Positions 47,745-57,372 are shown, numbered from the stretch's first letter. The stretch: 64,000 nucleotides of DNA from an uncultured Paenibacillaceae bacterium (GCA_937925675.1 CALAME010000002.1:6261-70260); one strand, 5' to 3'. Notes: a model not told the origin generated them from the sequence alone. A program made the numbers and translations.

Positions 47745-48467
47745 TCAGGCCAGGTTAGCATACACATTTTGTACATCATCATTATCTTCTAACATCTCGA
47801 CAAGCCGTTCCACATTCGCAGCATCTTCTTCTGACAATGATACCGTCGTAACCGGCACCCGGGTCAATTCCGCTTGTTCCAGCTTCAGCCCGCTCTCTTC
47901 CAACGCTTTTTGCATCCGATCAAAATCATCCGGAGCGCTGAAGACGATCGCATAGCCATCTTCAAATTCGACGTCTTCGGCGCCGGCGTCAAGAGCTTGT
48001 GCCAGCGCTGTATCTTCATCAAGACCGTTGTCGCCAAGGTGAAAACGAACCATGCCTTTGCGCTCGAACAAAAAGGAAACGCACCCGGTTTCGCCGAGAC
48101 TTCCGCCGTTTTTTGAAAAGATGTGTCTGACCTCCGCTGCCGTCCGATTGCGGTTATCGGTTAACCCTTCGACAAGTATGGCGACACCTCCGGGACCATA
48201 ACCTTCGTATAGCACTTCTTCATAGCGGAGTCCTTCAACGTCTCCATTCGCTTTCTTGATCGTATTTTCAATGTTGCTCTGCGGCATATTGTTCTGGCGC
48301 GCCTTTTGCAACGCGTGTCTTAAGGCAGGGTTGGTGCTCGGGTCATCTCCGCCCCGTTTGACGGCAACAAAAATTTCTCTCGAAATTTTCGTAAATATTT
48401 TTCCTCTTAACGCATCTTGTCTGCCTTTTCGATGTTGAATATTTTTCCATTTCGAATGTCCGGCCAT
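47745..48467 (-). CDS. YebC/PmpR-family DNA-binding regulator
   Basis: MAGHSKWKNIQHRKGRQDALRGKIFTK… is the invariant YebC N-terminus. Confidence 0.95.
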   Translation of the reverse strand: MAGHSKWKNIQHRKGRQDALRGKIFTKISREIFVAVKRGGDDPSTNPALRHALQKARQNNMPQSNIENTIKKANGDVEGLRYEEVLYEGYGPGGVAILVEGLTDNRNRTAAEVRHIFSKNGGSLGETGCVSFLFERKGMVRFHLGDNGLDEDTALAQALDAGAEDVEFEDGYAIVFSAPDDFDRMQKALEESGLKLEQAELTRVPVTTVSLSEEDAANVERLVEMLEDNDDVQNVYANLA

Positions 48468-48613
48468 CGTAATCTTAACCCCTTTTAAAGCCTTAAGTTT
48501 CTATGAAAACAAGTGATCGAAAAAATGAGTGATAATAAAATATAGTAGCATAAAAGTTCTGCGTTAGACAACATTCTCAAGTCAAAGCAAAAAAGGGGCG
48601 GATGTAAAATACT

Positions 48614-49009
48614 TTAAGGAAATGCGTTCAATTGGCTGTAACGGGCAATATCTTGCAACATTTCACGGTGAACAGGCATGACAAACCGGACCGGACCGAT
48701 TTCTTTCAGACCGCTGACATTGTGGATCACCGCTCGCTTCACATAAAAGGTGTATCGGTCATTGGAATCAAAACCGCCGCTTGTGATTTCACATTGGGAA
48801 TGATTACGATTGACAAATCGATACGTTCCCGTCTTGTCATTGCGATACGGGACAATGCTGACAATATCGCGCAGCATGATGTAATAGTTCACATAAGGCT
48901 GTTGAAAAACAAGCTGTTCCGTCGAAACGGTCACACCCAGATTTTTTCTTTTGAGCGAACGTTTCAGTTCCCCATGCAGCGAATGGATCCGTAAAAAATG
49001 GCCGTTCAT
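48614..49009 (-). CDS. Hypothetical protein (131 aa)
   Basis: The ATG at 49009 follows GGGAGGGAG. I recognise no family. Confidence 0.55.
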   Translation of the reverse strand: MNGHFLRIHSLHGELKRSLKRKNLGVTVSTEQLVFQQPYVNYYIMLRDIVSIVPYRNDKTGTYRFVNRNHSQCEITSGGFDSNDRYTFYVKRAVIHNVSGLKEIGPVRFVMPVHREMLQDIARYSQLNAFP

Positions 49010-49032
49010 CGGTCTCCCTCCCTTTCCCCATC

Positions 49033-49830
49033 TTATCGTTTTGCATCCGTCCAAACCATCCCCAACGCCGGATCGATAAATTTGGCTGCGATCAATTCCG
49101 GTACGGTTACGAACCGGTACCCTTTTCGCTTCAGCTCTCGAATCACAAGCGGTAAAGCCTCGATCGTACCCGTCAGATCTCCGCCTTGACCGCTTCCGGC
49201 ATGTTGCAGCACGATCGCTCCCGGACGTACATCCTTGAAAATGTTCTGGTAGATCTCCGCTGCGCTGTCTGTTTTCCAGTCCAGCGAATCGACATTCCAG
49301 TTGACAATCGTCATTCCATCTTCGATCAGACGACGCAGCTGGCTTTCGGTAATATCGCCATACGGAGGCCGAAACAGAAAAGGTTTCTCGCGGGTAATCC
49401 GTTCCAGGATCATTTGCGTTTTTTCCACCTGTTCATAAAAAGCCTGGTCCGAAAGTGCAGGTAAATGAGGATGATTGTAAGTGTGATTTCCGATTGCATG
49501 TCCTTCCCTCTGCATACGCAGCACGGCCTGCGGCCAGTTTTGGGCCCGTTCACCGACGACAAAAAAAGTGGCCCTTACCCCTTCGGATAGCAAAATATTC
49601 AATATATGATCGGTAAAGCGCGGATCCGGCGCATCATCAAAAGTAAGCGCCACCCATTTTTCATCGCTCGGGCCGGAAAAAATAAAACGATCCGGATATT
49701 TCTGTTTCAAATCGATAATTGTGGTCCGCTCATCGGTTTGTACCGATACCGGAATGGCATGAACGAAGGAAAAAGAAAAACAGCCTGCAAAAGCCAGGAA
49801 TCCCGACAAAAACGTAAAAAGGCGTGACAT
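49033..49830 (-). CDS. Polysaccharide deacetylase (NodB homology domain), secreted
   Basis: It has a signal peptide. The motifs are TFDDAP, HAIGNHTYNHP and …RPPYG…. Confidence 0.9.
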   Translation of the reverse strand: MSRLFTFLSGFLAFAGCFSFSFVHAIPVSVQTDERTTIIDLKQKYPDRFIFSGPSDEKWVALTFDDAPDPRFTDHILNILLSEGVRATFFVVGERAQNWPQAVLRMQREGHAIGNHTYNHPHLPALSDQAFYEQVEKTQMILERITREKPFLFRPPYGDITESQLRRLIEDGMTIVNWNVDSLDWKTDSAAEIYQNIFKDVRPGAIVLQHAGSGQGGDLTGTIEALPLVIRELKRKGYRFVTVPELIAAKFIDPALGMVWTDAKR

Positions 49831-49879
49831 CAGAACGCACCTCAACTTTTTTTAAATAGGGTGCGGCTTTTGGGCGGAT

Positions 49880-50410
49880 TTATGCGCCTTTGTGCTTTTT
49901 GATCTGATCCGTTTGCAAATAGTTGATCATCAGTTGCAGACGTTCCTTCTCTTCCGTATCCATATCGGCAAACCGGATGCCGTACACCAGCTTCGGTTCC
50001 AGCCGCAAATACTCTTCCTTACGGACGATAACCCCCTGCAATTTGCAAGGATTCCCTCTCACTTCAAAAGATAGTTCCACTTCCATCATTTTTCGAACAG
50101 GTACATCCAAGTCTAACGCCACTTTGACACCGGTAATGCTGATATTCAAAATTTCCCCGGTTTGCTGTTGGCCGATGAAATGGGCACAGGAGGGATCACC
50201 GGAACCGGTGATCCGGGTCATGCAAGTGACACCGACATTGAAGCGAGTTGCCTGGCGTCTGTTTTCAATGAGTTCAAGTTCCTGCTTCAGTTCGTCATAT
50301 TGCGTCTGCAATTCCCGGTTTTTTTTCCACACGAGCGTGCAGATGATCGCGAGTATTGCCGCCAACACCAGCATCATTCCGAACATCGTTTCGAACACCG
50401 ATCCGTGCAC
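49880..50410 (-). CDS. Single-TM PilZ-domain protein (c-di-GMP receptor candidate)
   Basis: An N-terminal TM helix and coiled coil are followed by the PilZ motifs RRQATR (RxxxR) and NISITG ((D/N)xSxxG). Confidence 0.8.
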   Translation of the reverse strand: MHGSVFETMFGMMLVLAAILAIICTLVWKKNRELQTQYDELKQELELIENRRQATRFNVGVTCMTRITGSGDPSCAHFIGQQQTGEILNISITGVKVALDLDVPVRKMMEVELSFEVRGNPCKLQGVIVRKEEYLRLEPKLVYGIRFADMDTEEKERLQLMINYLQTDQIKKHKGA

Positions 50411-50428
50411 CTCAATCCCCTACACTTG

Positions 50429-51301
50429 TCACTCACCGACATATTTTTTTAATATTTCGTCAACACTGCGGCCATAACTTTCGCCAAATAGGTTCAGATG
50501 AACCAGTAAATAATAAAGCTGATACAGCGGTTTGCGCTCTTCATATTCGGGTGATAGCGGCCACGCTTCCTGATAAGCGGCATAAAAACGGGCAGGGAAT
50601 CCACCGAACAGTTCCGTAAAGGCAAGCTCCATTTCCCGGTCCCCATAACAGACGGCTGGATCGATGATATACGGAGTTCCATCCGCAGCGACAAGGCGAT
50701 TTCCGCTCCATAAATCACCGTGCAAAAGCGAACTGGGCGGATGCTGAGGCAACCAGCGATGCAAATGGTCGAGAAGCCGTTCCATTCGTTTTTGTCGCAA
50801 GCCGGTCATCCGCCCGTTCTTTTGCGCCCAATCCGCCTGCACTTGAAGACGGCGTTCGCGGTAAAATTGCACCCAGTCTTCGAACCATCCGTTTTTTTGT
50901 ACCATGGAACCAATATAATTGTCAGTGTCAAGTCCATATCGTTCAGCCGTTATGCGATGTTGCTGCGCCAGAGTAACGCCAAAACGTTCGCCGCCATCGG
51001 TTTCCACTCCCGGCTCGATCCATTCGAGCACAAGCCAGGCGGGACGTGCTGCGCTCTCGCGGGCATGCCCGTAAACTTTCGGTACGCTGAACGCCCCTGC
51101 TTTACCGAGCCGTTTTAATCCGTCCGCTTCCTTTTCAAACAGATCGGAAGGAAGACCTTTCACGCATTTCACAAAATATCGCTCGTTACGGGTCGTCACC
51201 TGAAAGGAACGGGCGATGCTCCCACCGGATACCGGCCGGTATGAAACAAACCCGCTCGTGTCGCCGACTTCTTGCATGATCGATTCCAACTGCTCTCTCA
51301 A
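50429..51301 (-). CDS. Fructosamine/ketosamine-3-kinase family protein
   Basis: It has the APH-like fold motif LLHGDLWSGN and FN3K-family collinearity. Confidence 0.9.
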   Translation of the reverse strand: MREQLESIMQEVGDTSGFVSYRPVSGGSIARSFQVTTRNERYFVKCVKGLPSDLFEKEADGLKRLGKAGAFSVPKVYGHARESAARPAWLVLEWIEPGVETDGGERFGVTLAQQHRITAERYGLDTDNYIGSMVQKNGWFEDWVQFYRERRLQVQADWAQKNGRMTGLRQKRMERLLDHLHRWLPQHPPSSLLHGDLWSGNRLVAADGTPYIIDPAVCYGDREMELAFTELFGGFPARFYAAYQEAWPLSPEYEERKPLYQLYYLLVHLNLFGESYGRSVDEILKKYVGE

Positions 51302-51762
51302 AGCCCTTCCTTCTCCCTTACATATTCCAGGAATCGAGAACAGCTTTGATGGATCAGGTCATACACTTTATCGAATTCTCCCGTATAATAAGGATCAGGC
51401 ACATCACTCAATCCGCACTCCGGATAAAAATCAAGCATGCGGTGCACCTTATCCGGATTGGCGCCAAGTGCAATCAGATCGTTGACGTTATGTTGGTCCA
51501 TCGCGACGATATAATCGAACTCATCCAGGTCTTTCTTCGTTACTTGTCTTGCGGTCAGTCCCTCATAGCTGATGCCATGCTTATCCAGCATATCCCTTGT
51601 TCCTTTGTGCGGTTTTTTGCCGATATGCCAATCGCCGGTGCCCGCAGAATCGATATGCACCTGATCGGCCAATCCCGCTTCGGCCACCTGATGGCGAAAC
51701 ACCGCTTCGGCCATCGGTGAGCGACAAATATTCCCCAGACATACAAAAAGAATGCGAACCAA
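51298..51762 (-). CDS. Low-molecular-weight protein-tyrosine phosphatase
   Basis: The P-loop reads ILFVCLGNICRSPMAE. The TTG at 51762 lies 7 nt after AAGGGGG. Its stop overlaps the FN3K start by 4 nt. Confidence 0.9.
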   Translation of the reverse strand: MVRILFVCLGNICRSPMAEAVFRHQVAEAGLADQVHIDSAGTGDWHIGKKPHKGTRDMLDKHGISYEGLTARQVTKKDLDEFDYIVAMDQHNVNDLIALGANPDKVHRMLDFYPECGLSDVPDPYYTGEFDKVYDLIHQSCSRFLEYVREKEGL

Positions 51763-51790
51763 TGCGAATCCCCCTTCTTGTTTACACAAC

Positions 51791-51822
51791 AAAAACTGCC
51801 GGCATTCATGTCAAACCGGCAG
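51791..51822 (-). terminator. Intrinsic terminator
   Basis: On the minus strand, CTGCCGG-tttgacatgaatg-CCGGCAG is followed by TTTTT. Confidence 0.7.
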
Positions 51823-51836
51823 CGGTCAGATATCGT

Positions 51837-52055
51837 TTACTCCACAGATACATCGAAACCTTTAAAATCCATTTTGATCGAACGGCCTTTGTATATGCTG
51901 TAGCCGATCAATCCGAAGGCAGCAAGACCTATCGCGGCCGCCGTAATCAAAAAAGTGCCCGGCCGTTTTTCCGCCAGATCCGCCAGCAATTCTGCCGGAG
52001 CCTTCCACTCCGTTTCCCGGTTGGAAACAGGTACGAGCGTACGGTCGTCGATCAT
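51837..52055 (-). CDS. Small membrane protein (72 aa), unknown function
   Basis: It has one TM helix (FLITAAAIGLAAFGLIGYSIY) and its own terminator. Confidence 0.5.
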   Translation of the reverse strand: MIDDRTLVPVSNRETEWKAPAELLADLAEKRPGTFLITAAAIGLAAFGLIGYSIYKGRSIKMDFKGFDVSVE

Positions 52056-52197
52056 AAATGATCACCTCTTTACGCTTTCCATTATACCGCACCCGGCAAT
52101 TTTTTCAACGCAATGGATGAATTCATGCGTTGAATGTATTATAATGTCATACGTATCGACTTCTTAGCTCGAACTATGGTATACGGAGGAATGGAAC

Positions 52198-53070
52198 ATG
52201 AATCAACTGCCCCATAACAAGTTGCCCCCTTTTATTCATCAGGAAGGCGACCAGCTCTGGTTGGTCGATAGGGAAGAAGACAGCGTAAAAGTGGGTTATC
52301 GGATTGAAGAAATTATTTATTCCGAACAGTCCGAGTTTCAGCATGTGATGGTATGCAAAAATCCCACATTTGGCCGTATGCTCGTGCTTGACGGCATTGT
52401 CCAGACGACTGCCAATGATGGGTATATATATAATGAAATGATCACACATGTTCCCCTTGCTTATCATCCTGACCCGAAGCGAGTTTTGATTATCGGCGGC
52501 GGTGATTGCGGTGCAGCTCGCGAAATCTGCAAATATGAACATGTCGAACAGATTGACATGGTGGAGATCGACGAAACCGTTGTGCGCGTATGCCGCGAAC
52601 ATCTGCCGGAAGTTTCGGGCAAGCTGGATGATCCGCGCGTCCGCTTCATCTTTGAAGATGGGGTAAAATTTGCAGCAAAGTCGGAACCTGTATATGATGT
52701 CATCATCGTGGATTCTTCAGATCCGATCGGTCCGGCCGTGCAACTTTTTGAACTTGACTTTTACCGCAATTTGCACAACGCGTTGAAGCCGGGTGGAATA
52801 CTCGTCTGTCAGACGGAATCCCCGGTCTTTCACTGGGATGTGCTCAATCGGTCCTACTCCAATATCCGTTCTTTGTTTGCAGAAACAAAACTGTACACAG
52901 CCGTCGTGCCCACATACCCGGGTGGATTTTGGAGCTTTACGATGGGATTGAAGTCGGGCTATGGTGAATTCAAAGTGCAGAGAGAACTGCCAGAAACCCG
53001 TTACGTCAACGCCGACATTTTAAAGAATTGCTTCGAGTTGCCCAACTTTATAGCCAATCGCCTAAAATAA
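52198..53070 (+). CDS. speE: Spermidine synthase (polyamine aminopropyltransferase)
   Basis: The sequence reads …SEFQHVMV…FGRMLVLDG..Q…IIGGGDCGAAREI…DSSDPIGPA…. Confidence 0.95.
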   Translation: MNQLPHNKLPPFIHQEGDQLWLVDREEDSVKVGYRIEEIIYSEQSEFQHVMVCKNPTFGRMLVLDGIVQTTANDGYIYNEMITHVPLAYHPDPKRVLIIGGGDCGAAREICKYEHVEQIDMVEIDETVVRVCREHLPEVSGKLDDPRVRFIFEDGVKFAAKSEPVYDVIIVDSSDPIGPAVQLFELDFYRNLHNALKPGGILVCQTESPVFHWDVLNRSYSNIRSLFAETKLYTAVVPTYPGGFWSFTMGLKSGYGEFKVQRELPETRYVNADILKNCFELPNFIANRLK

Positions 53071-53082
53071 CGATGACACATC

Positions 53083-53526
53083 ATGGGCTTTGAGAGGACG
53101 AGGAACGTGGACTTATACGAACAGATCGAGTACTGGATAAATAACAGGACGTTGATTGAACTGCACACCATCACCAAGGGGAATCGAAGAAAATGCGTGC
53201 ACGGTCGCATCTGCTCGTTCGACCGTGCCTCTTCAAAACTTCTTTTTTACAACGATGACAGCAAAACCGTTGAAAACATCCTCATGAGTGAAATCGAAAA
53301 TGTGTTTCCTGCACAATCGTCTTCACCCGCTCCATTATCACAAGCACCTTCATCCGCTGAATCAACATCAAAAAAAACAGCGGAACCGGTTAACCGACGC
53401 CATCAACTGTTGGATGAGATCTGCTCCCAACTGGAACAACTTTCGGATGAAGATCTGGAAACACTGCTGCCGCTGGTCCGCAGGCTCAATCAGAAACAGC
53501 CGGCCGGCACTTCTTATGCAGGGTAA
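53083..53526 (+). CDS. Hypothetical protein (147 aa; Ser/Pro-rich linker)
   Basis: It is an ORF only. A GTG at 53107 after GAGAGGACGAGGA is an alternative start. Confidence 0.5.
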   Translation: MGFERTRNVDLYEQIEYWINNRTLIELHTITKGNRRKCVHGRICSFDRASSKLLFYNDDSKTVENILMSEIENVFPAQSSSPAPLSQAPSSAESTSKKTAEPVNRRHQLLDEICSQLEQLSDEDLETLLPLVRRLNQKQPAGTSYAG

Positions 53527-53528
53527 AT

Positions 53529-54716
53529 CTACGACTTCAATCGTTTAAGTGCCGCCTCGATGCGGTTCAGCGCCTGATGCACAAGCGGCCTCGGACTGGC
53601 CGCATTGAGGCGCAGAAACCCTTCTCCGCCTTCGCCAAAAGTCCGTCCTTCATTCATGCCGACGCGAGCTTCTTCCACCATCCACCGTCTCAAGCGGGCT
53701 CCTTCAAGACCGGTTTGTCGGAAGTCAAGCCACATCAGATATGTTGCTTCCGGTAGCGTGGCATGAACCCTTCCGTCCTGTTGAAAGACCTTCAAAATCT
53801 CGTGCATATTTCCGCGCACATAATGTTTCAAAGCATCGAGCCATTCGCCCCCCGACTCGTAAGCGGCTTCAGCAGCGACGAGGGAAAGCGCGTTTTGGCT
53901 GTGCAGTGCGAAACGGTGAATCGCATTCTCCATGGACAGTCTCAAATTCCGGTTGGGAATGACCAGAAACGCCGTGTGCAGACCAGCCAAATTGAACGTT
54001 TTGCTCGGAGCCATACATACGACCGAATTCATCGCTGCCTCTTCGCTCACCGTTGCCCAGGGGATATGGCGGTTGGGCTCAAATACCCAGTCCCCATGTA
54101 TCTCATCCGAGATGACGATCGTTCCGTAACGGGAGCAAAGCGCAGACAGCTGTTCCAGCTCCGCACGCTTCCATGCCCGGCCGACGGGATTGTGCGGATT
54201 GCATAGTAAAAAAAGTTTTACGCCGTTTTTAAGTTTCCTTTCCACCTCATCAAAATCGATCCGGTAACCGTCATGGCTGTACACTAACGGGCAGTTGACA
54301 ACATTGCGCCCATTTTTTCGCACGATATCAAAAAACGGAGGATAGACCGGTGACTGCAACAGGACAGGGTCGCCGGGTTCCGTGAAAGTATTTACAGCGA
54401 GCGCCATCGCGGGGACGACGCCCGGTGCGTGCACGATCCAGCTCTCATCCACTTCCCATCCGTGGCGCGTCTTGAGCCAATTCCGGATCGCTGAGTTGTA
54501 TGTAGAAGAGCGTACAGAATAGCCATAAATCCCGTGTTCTACCCTTTTTTTAAGAGCATCAAGCACAGACGCGGGAGCGGGAAAATCCATATCCGCAACC
54601 CACATCGGAATGAGATCTTTCCTTCCGTAAATTCGGTCCATGCCATCCCATTTGTACGAATCGGTGCCTTCTCTTTTTACGATCCGGTCAAAGTCGAATG
54701 GAGCCATCCTGTTCAC
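53529..54716 (-). CDS. patB: MalY/PatB-family PLP-dependent cystathionine beta-lyase/aminotransferase
   Basis: …DSYKWDG…IPMWVADMDFPAP…HGIYGY… is the PatB signature. Confidence 0.85.
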   Translation of the reverse strand: MNRMAPFDFDRIVKREGTDSYKWDGMDRIYGRKDLIPMWVADMDFPAPASVLDALKKRVEHGIYGYSVRSSTYNSAIRNWLKTRHGWEVDESWIVHAPGVVPAMALAVNTFTEPGDPVLLQSPVYPPFFDIVRKNGRNVVNCPLVYSHDGYRIDFDEVERKLKNGVKLFLLCNPHNPVGRAWKRAELEQLSALCSRYGTIVISDEIHGDWVFEPNRHIPWATVSEEAAMNSVVCMAPSKTFNLAGLHTAFLVIPNRNLRLSMENAIHRFALHSQNALSLVAAEAAYESGGEWLDALKHYVRGNMHEILKVFQQDGRVHATLPEATYLMWLDFRQTGLEGARLRRWMVEEARVGMNEGRTFGEGGEGFLRLNAASPRPLVHQALNRIEAALKRLKS

Positions 54717-54802
54717 CTTTCTTACGATCTAATCTTTTTCCTCTAATTCCTCTTTCGTATCATTCTTTATTCCAATGATTCAATTCCAATATTCATGTCC
54801 CA

Positions 54803-55534
54803 TTAACCCGAGCTTTCATGAAGAATGCGCGCATACCCATTTGGCCCAGTTTGCGTTTGCGGCAAGTCGGGGATACTCCAGTCGATCTCCTCCAGGCCGT
54901 GCCGGCGCAAAATTTCATTCGTGCGCGAAAAGGGACGGCTGCCAAAAAATCCGCGATGGGCAGACAGCGGACTGGGATGAGGGGATGCGATGATGTAGTG
55001 GCGCGACGTATCGATCCGTTCCTTCTTTTGCTGGGCATGGCTGCCCCACAAAATAAACACAACGGGCGTCTCCCGTTCATTCAACACATCGATCACCCGA
55101 TCCGTGAACGTTTCCCATCCGATCCCTTTGTGAGAATTGGGCTGGCCACGGCGCACGGTTAATACGGTGTTGAGAAGCAATACCCCCTGTCTGGCCCAAT
55201 GCACCAAACAACCGTGATTCGGAATCGGGCAGCCGATGTCTTGATGCAATTCCTTGAAAATGTTTTGCAGCGACGGCGGCGGTGGAACCCCAGGCTTGAC
55301 GGAAAAGCTGAGTCCATGTGCCTGTCCGGGACCATGATACGGGTCTTGACCGAGAATGACCGCTTTCGTATTGGCATACGGGGTCATTCTCAAAGCGGCC
55401 AATACGTCCCATTTGTCAGGATATACGGTATATTTTTCATACTCTTGCATGAGAAAACGACGCATTCGCACATAATACTCTTTCTGGAACTCATCTCCTA
55501 AAACATCAGCCCAATCGTTTTTGAGCACCGCCAC
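54803..55534 (-). CDS. ung: Uracil-DNA glycosylase, family 1
   Basis: Motif A is [18 protein letters not shown] and motif B is HPSPLSA. The GTG start lies 11 nt after AGGAGG. Confidence 0.95.
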   Translation of the reverse strand: MAVLKNDWADVLGDEFQKEYYVRMRRFLMQEYEKYTVYPDKWDVLAALRMTPYANTKAVILGQDPYHGPGQAHGLSFSVKPGVPPPPSLQNIFKELHQDIGCPIPNHGCLVHWARQGVLLLNTVLTVRRGQPNSHKGIGWETFTDRVIDVLNERETPVVFILWGSHAQQKKERIDTSRHYIIASPHPSPLSAHRGFFGSRPFSRTNEILRRHGLEEIDWSIPDLPQTQTGPNGYARILHESSG

Positions 55535-55558
55535 TTGCGAACCAACCTCCTGGACCGT

Positions 55559-56254
55559 TTAAGGCAATTTCTCCATGATCGCTTTCAACCATTCCACCTT
55601 TTGGGATTGCAAGGATGGACAGGCATGGTCAAACAACATCGGATGGGTATCGCTTGCAATCCCGATCACGTCCTGATCAATCGCCGACAAACACATTTCA
55701 GCCAACGGAATCAGAAAAGGGGCCTTTCCCCATGCGGCGATGATCGGTGCACCTTTTTTTCGCTGCAAGGCGAACCGGAGCTCATTGGTCCGTTTCGGCG
55801 AAAAAAGACTGTGAACCGAATGTTCAGCCAATAACGGATGTTGAATGATTTTGGCAAAACGTTGGCTGTCCGGTTCACGGATGTCAGACAGATTGAGTAT
55901 GCGCACAGAGGTCCAGTTTTTCAAGCTCATCAAGCGCATGATTTGATACTGGGCATGATCCGGTCTCGCCTCAACGAGCGTCTCGCGGGAATAGATCAGG
56001 TTGAGATTCCGGCTTTTGACCCGAGGCGGGACGAACGTATCGTCGAGCGGAGCCGATTTGCCCGGGTTCATCATAATCACCACTGCGTCCGGCGCCGCGC
56101 CCGGAATTTCATCCGCCTTATACGCATTCCGGTCATAAATTTCAAGCACATTGCGGCAGGGCAGTTTCATCGTTCCGTTCAGTTCCAATTCATAAAAACA
56201 GCCGAAAACGAGATAACGTTTTTTCAACGGGTCCGCCTTCTCAAATGGAAACAT
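55559..56254 (-). CDS. Uncharacterised protein, DUF1643-like / UDG-superfamily-like (tentative)
   Basis: The motifs VVIMMNPGKS, IIAAWGK and HACPSLQS appear in an order reminiscent of DUF1643 and UDG motifs. A GAGGTG RBS is present. The gene ends 24 nt upstream of ung. Confidence 0.55.
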   Translation of the reverse strand: MFPFEKADPLKKRYLVFGCFYELELNGTMKLPCRNVLEIYDRNAYKADEIPGAAPDAVVIMMNPGKSAPLDDTFVPPRVKSRNLNLIYSRETLVEARPDHAQYQIMRLMSLKNWTSVRILNLSDIREPDSQRFAKIIQHPLLAEHSVHSLFSPKRTNELRFALQRKKGAPIIAAWGKAPFLIPLAEMCLSAIDQDVIGIASDTHPMLFDHACPSLQSQKVEWLKAIMEKLP

Positions 56255-56352
56255 CGTTTCACCTCAGTTTCAAGAGGGACCTACTGTATACCTTAATCCA
56301 ATACAGATGATTTGCCAAGGGGAAAATCCAATTTTGAGACTTGGGCACAAAG

Positions 56353-56396
56353 AAAAAAGCCTGATCCATGCACAACACGTGCATTACGATCAGGCT
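56353..56396 (-). terminator. Intrinsic terminator after the TPR gene
   Basis: On the minus strand, AGCCTGATC…GATCAGGCT is a 9-bp outer stem with an inner ATGCAC/GTGCAT stem, followed by TTTTTT. Confidence 0.85.
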
Positions 56397-56408
56397 ATTG
56401 TAAAGCAT

Positions 56409-57257
56409 TCAGGCTTGATTTTCACCTTGATTTTGGGCTTGATCAGCCTGTTCGGTTTCAGCCAAAGCCTGTTTGATCTCCTCGCGCGTCACGGTGTTCA
56501 GATGGTGCATAGGCTGATCCAGCGCTTTTTCAAAATAGAGACGGGCCATTTCTTTGTTGCCTTTGGCCATCCATACTTGACCGAAATGGAAATACGGTTC
56601 AGGGAAAGCCGGATTTTTGTCCACCAGCCGCTCATAAATTTCCATGGCTCGATCATACTCGCCGCGTAGATAGCAAGTCTGACCTAGGTTGTCCAAAATG
56701 ACGGCATCCGAATCGTTGTAATCGTAAGCTTCTTCGTTAAAGCGCAAAGCCTGGTCCAGGTCCCCCTGTTCGATATACAAATAACCGAGGGTCCCATACA
56801 ACGCAGTCGTCTTGTAATCTTCGTATACTTGCTCCAGATCGCGAATCGCTTCTTGGAGCTGACCCTTTTTCCATTTGACCAGCGCCATATTCAATTCAGC
56901 GCTTCGCTTAGCCTCCCGTGGCAAATTCATCGCCAGTGCCTTTTTGAACTGCTGTTCCGCCTGCTCGGTTTGTCCGTTGCGCAGCAACAGATATCCGTAA
57001 GAAATCCGGGCAAAAGGAGGAGCATTTTCATAGGCTACCGCCCGTTCAAACCACTTCAGCGCTTCCTCTTTTTGCCCGCGGCTGTAAGCGAGATTGGCAC
57101 GATACGCATAATAACCCGAACGGTTGAGTAAAAAGGCAGCCGCAGCGGCGATAAAGATGACCAACAAACCGAGCCAAACGTTGACGTTAAAGGCGATGAT
57201 CACCAAAACGAGCGGCAACAGCCATTTGGCTGTTTTCACAAGGCGATCCGATTTCAT
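56409..57257 (-). CDS. Membrane-anchored TPR-repeat protein
   Basis: Two N-terminal TM helices are followed by several TPR-like repeats (…AL.WFERAV…, …G.YDRAMEIYERLV…). Confidence 0.85.
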   Translation of the reverse strand: MKSDRLVKTAKWLLPLVLVIIAFNVNVWLGLLVIFIAAAAAFLLNRSGYYAYRANLAYSRGQKEEALKWFERAVAYENAPPFARISYGYLLLRNGQTEQAEQQFKKALAMNLPREAKRSAELNMALVKWKKGQLQEAIRDLEQVYEDYKTTALYGTLGYLYIEQGDLDQALRFNEEAYDYNDSDAVILDNLGQTCYLRGEYDRAMEIYERLVDKNPAFPEPYFHFGQVWMAKGNKEMARLYFEKALDQPMHHLNTVTREEIKQALAETEQADQAQNQGENQA

Positions 57258-57372
57258 GCCATCCCGCTCCTTTGTTAAGAAAAAAATGAAAATTCGAAGC
57301 TCTCATTATGCTTTGTTACCGGCCCCTGTAAAATCTTGGACGGTCGCGAATGCCCCGGGTTCATGAACCGTC

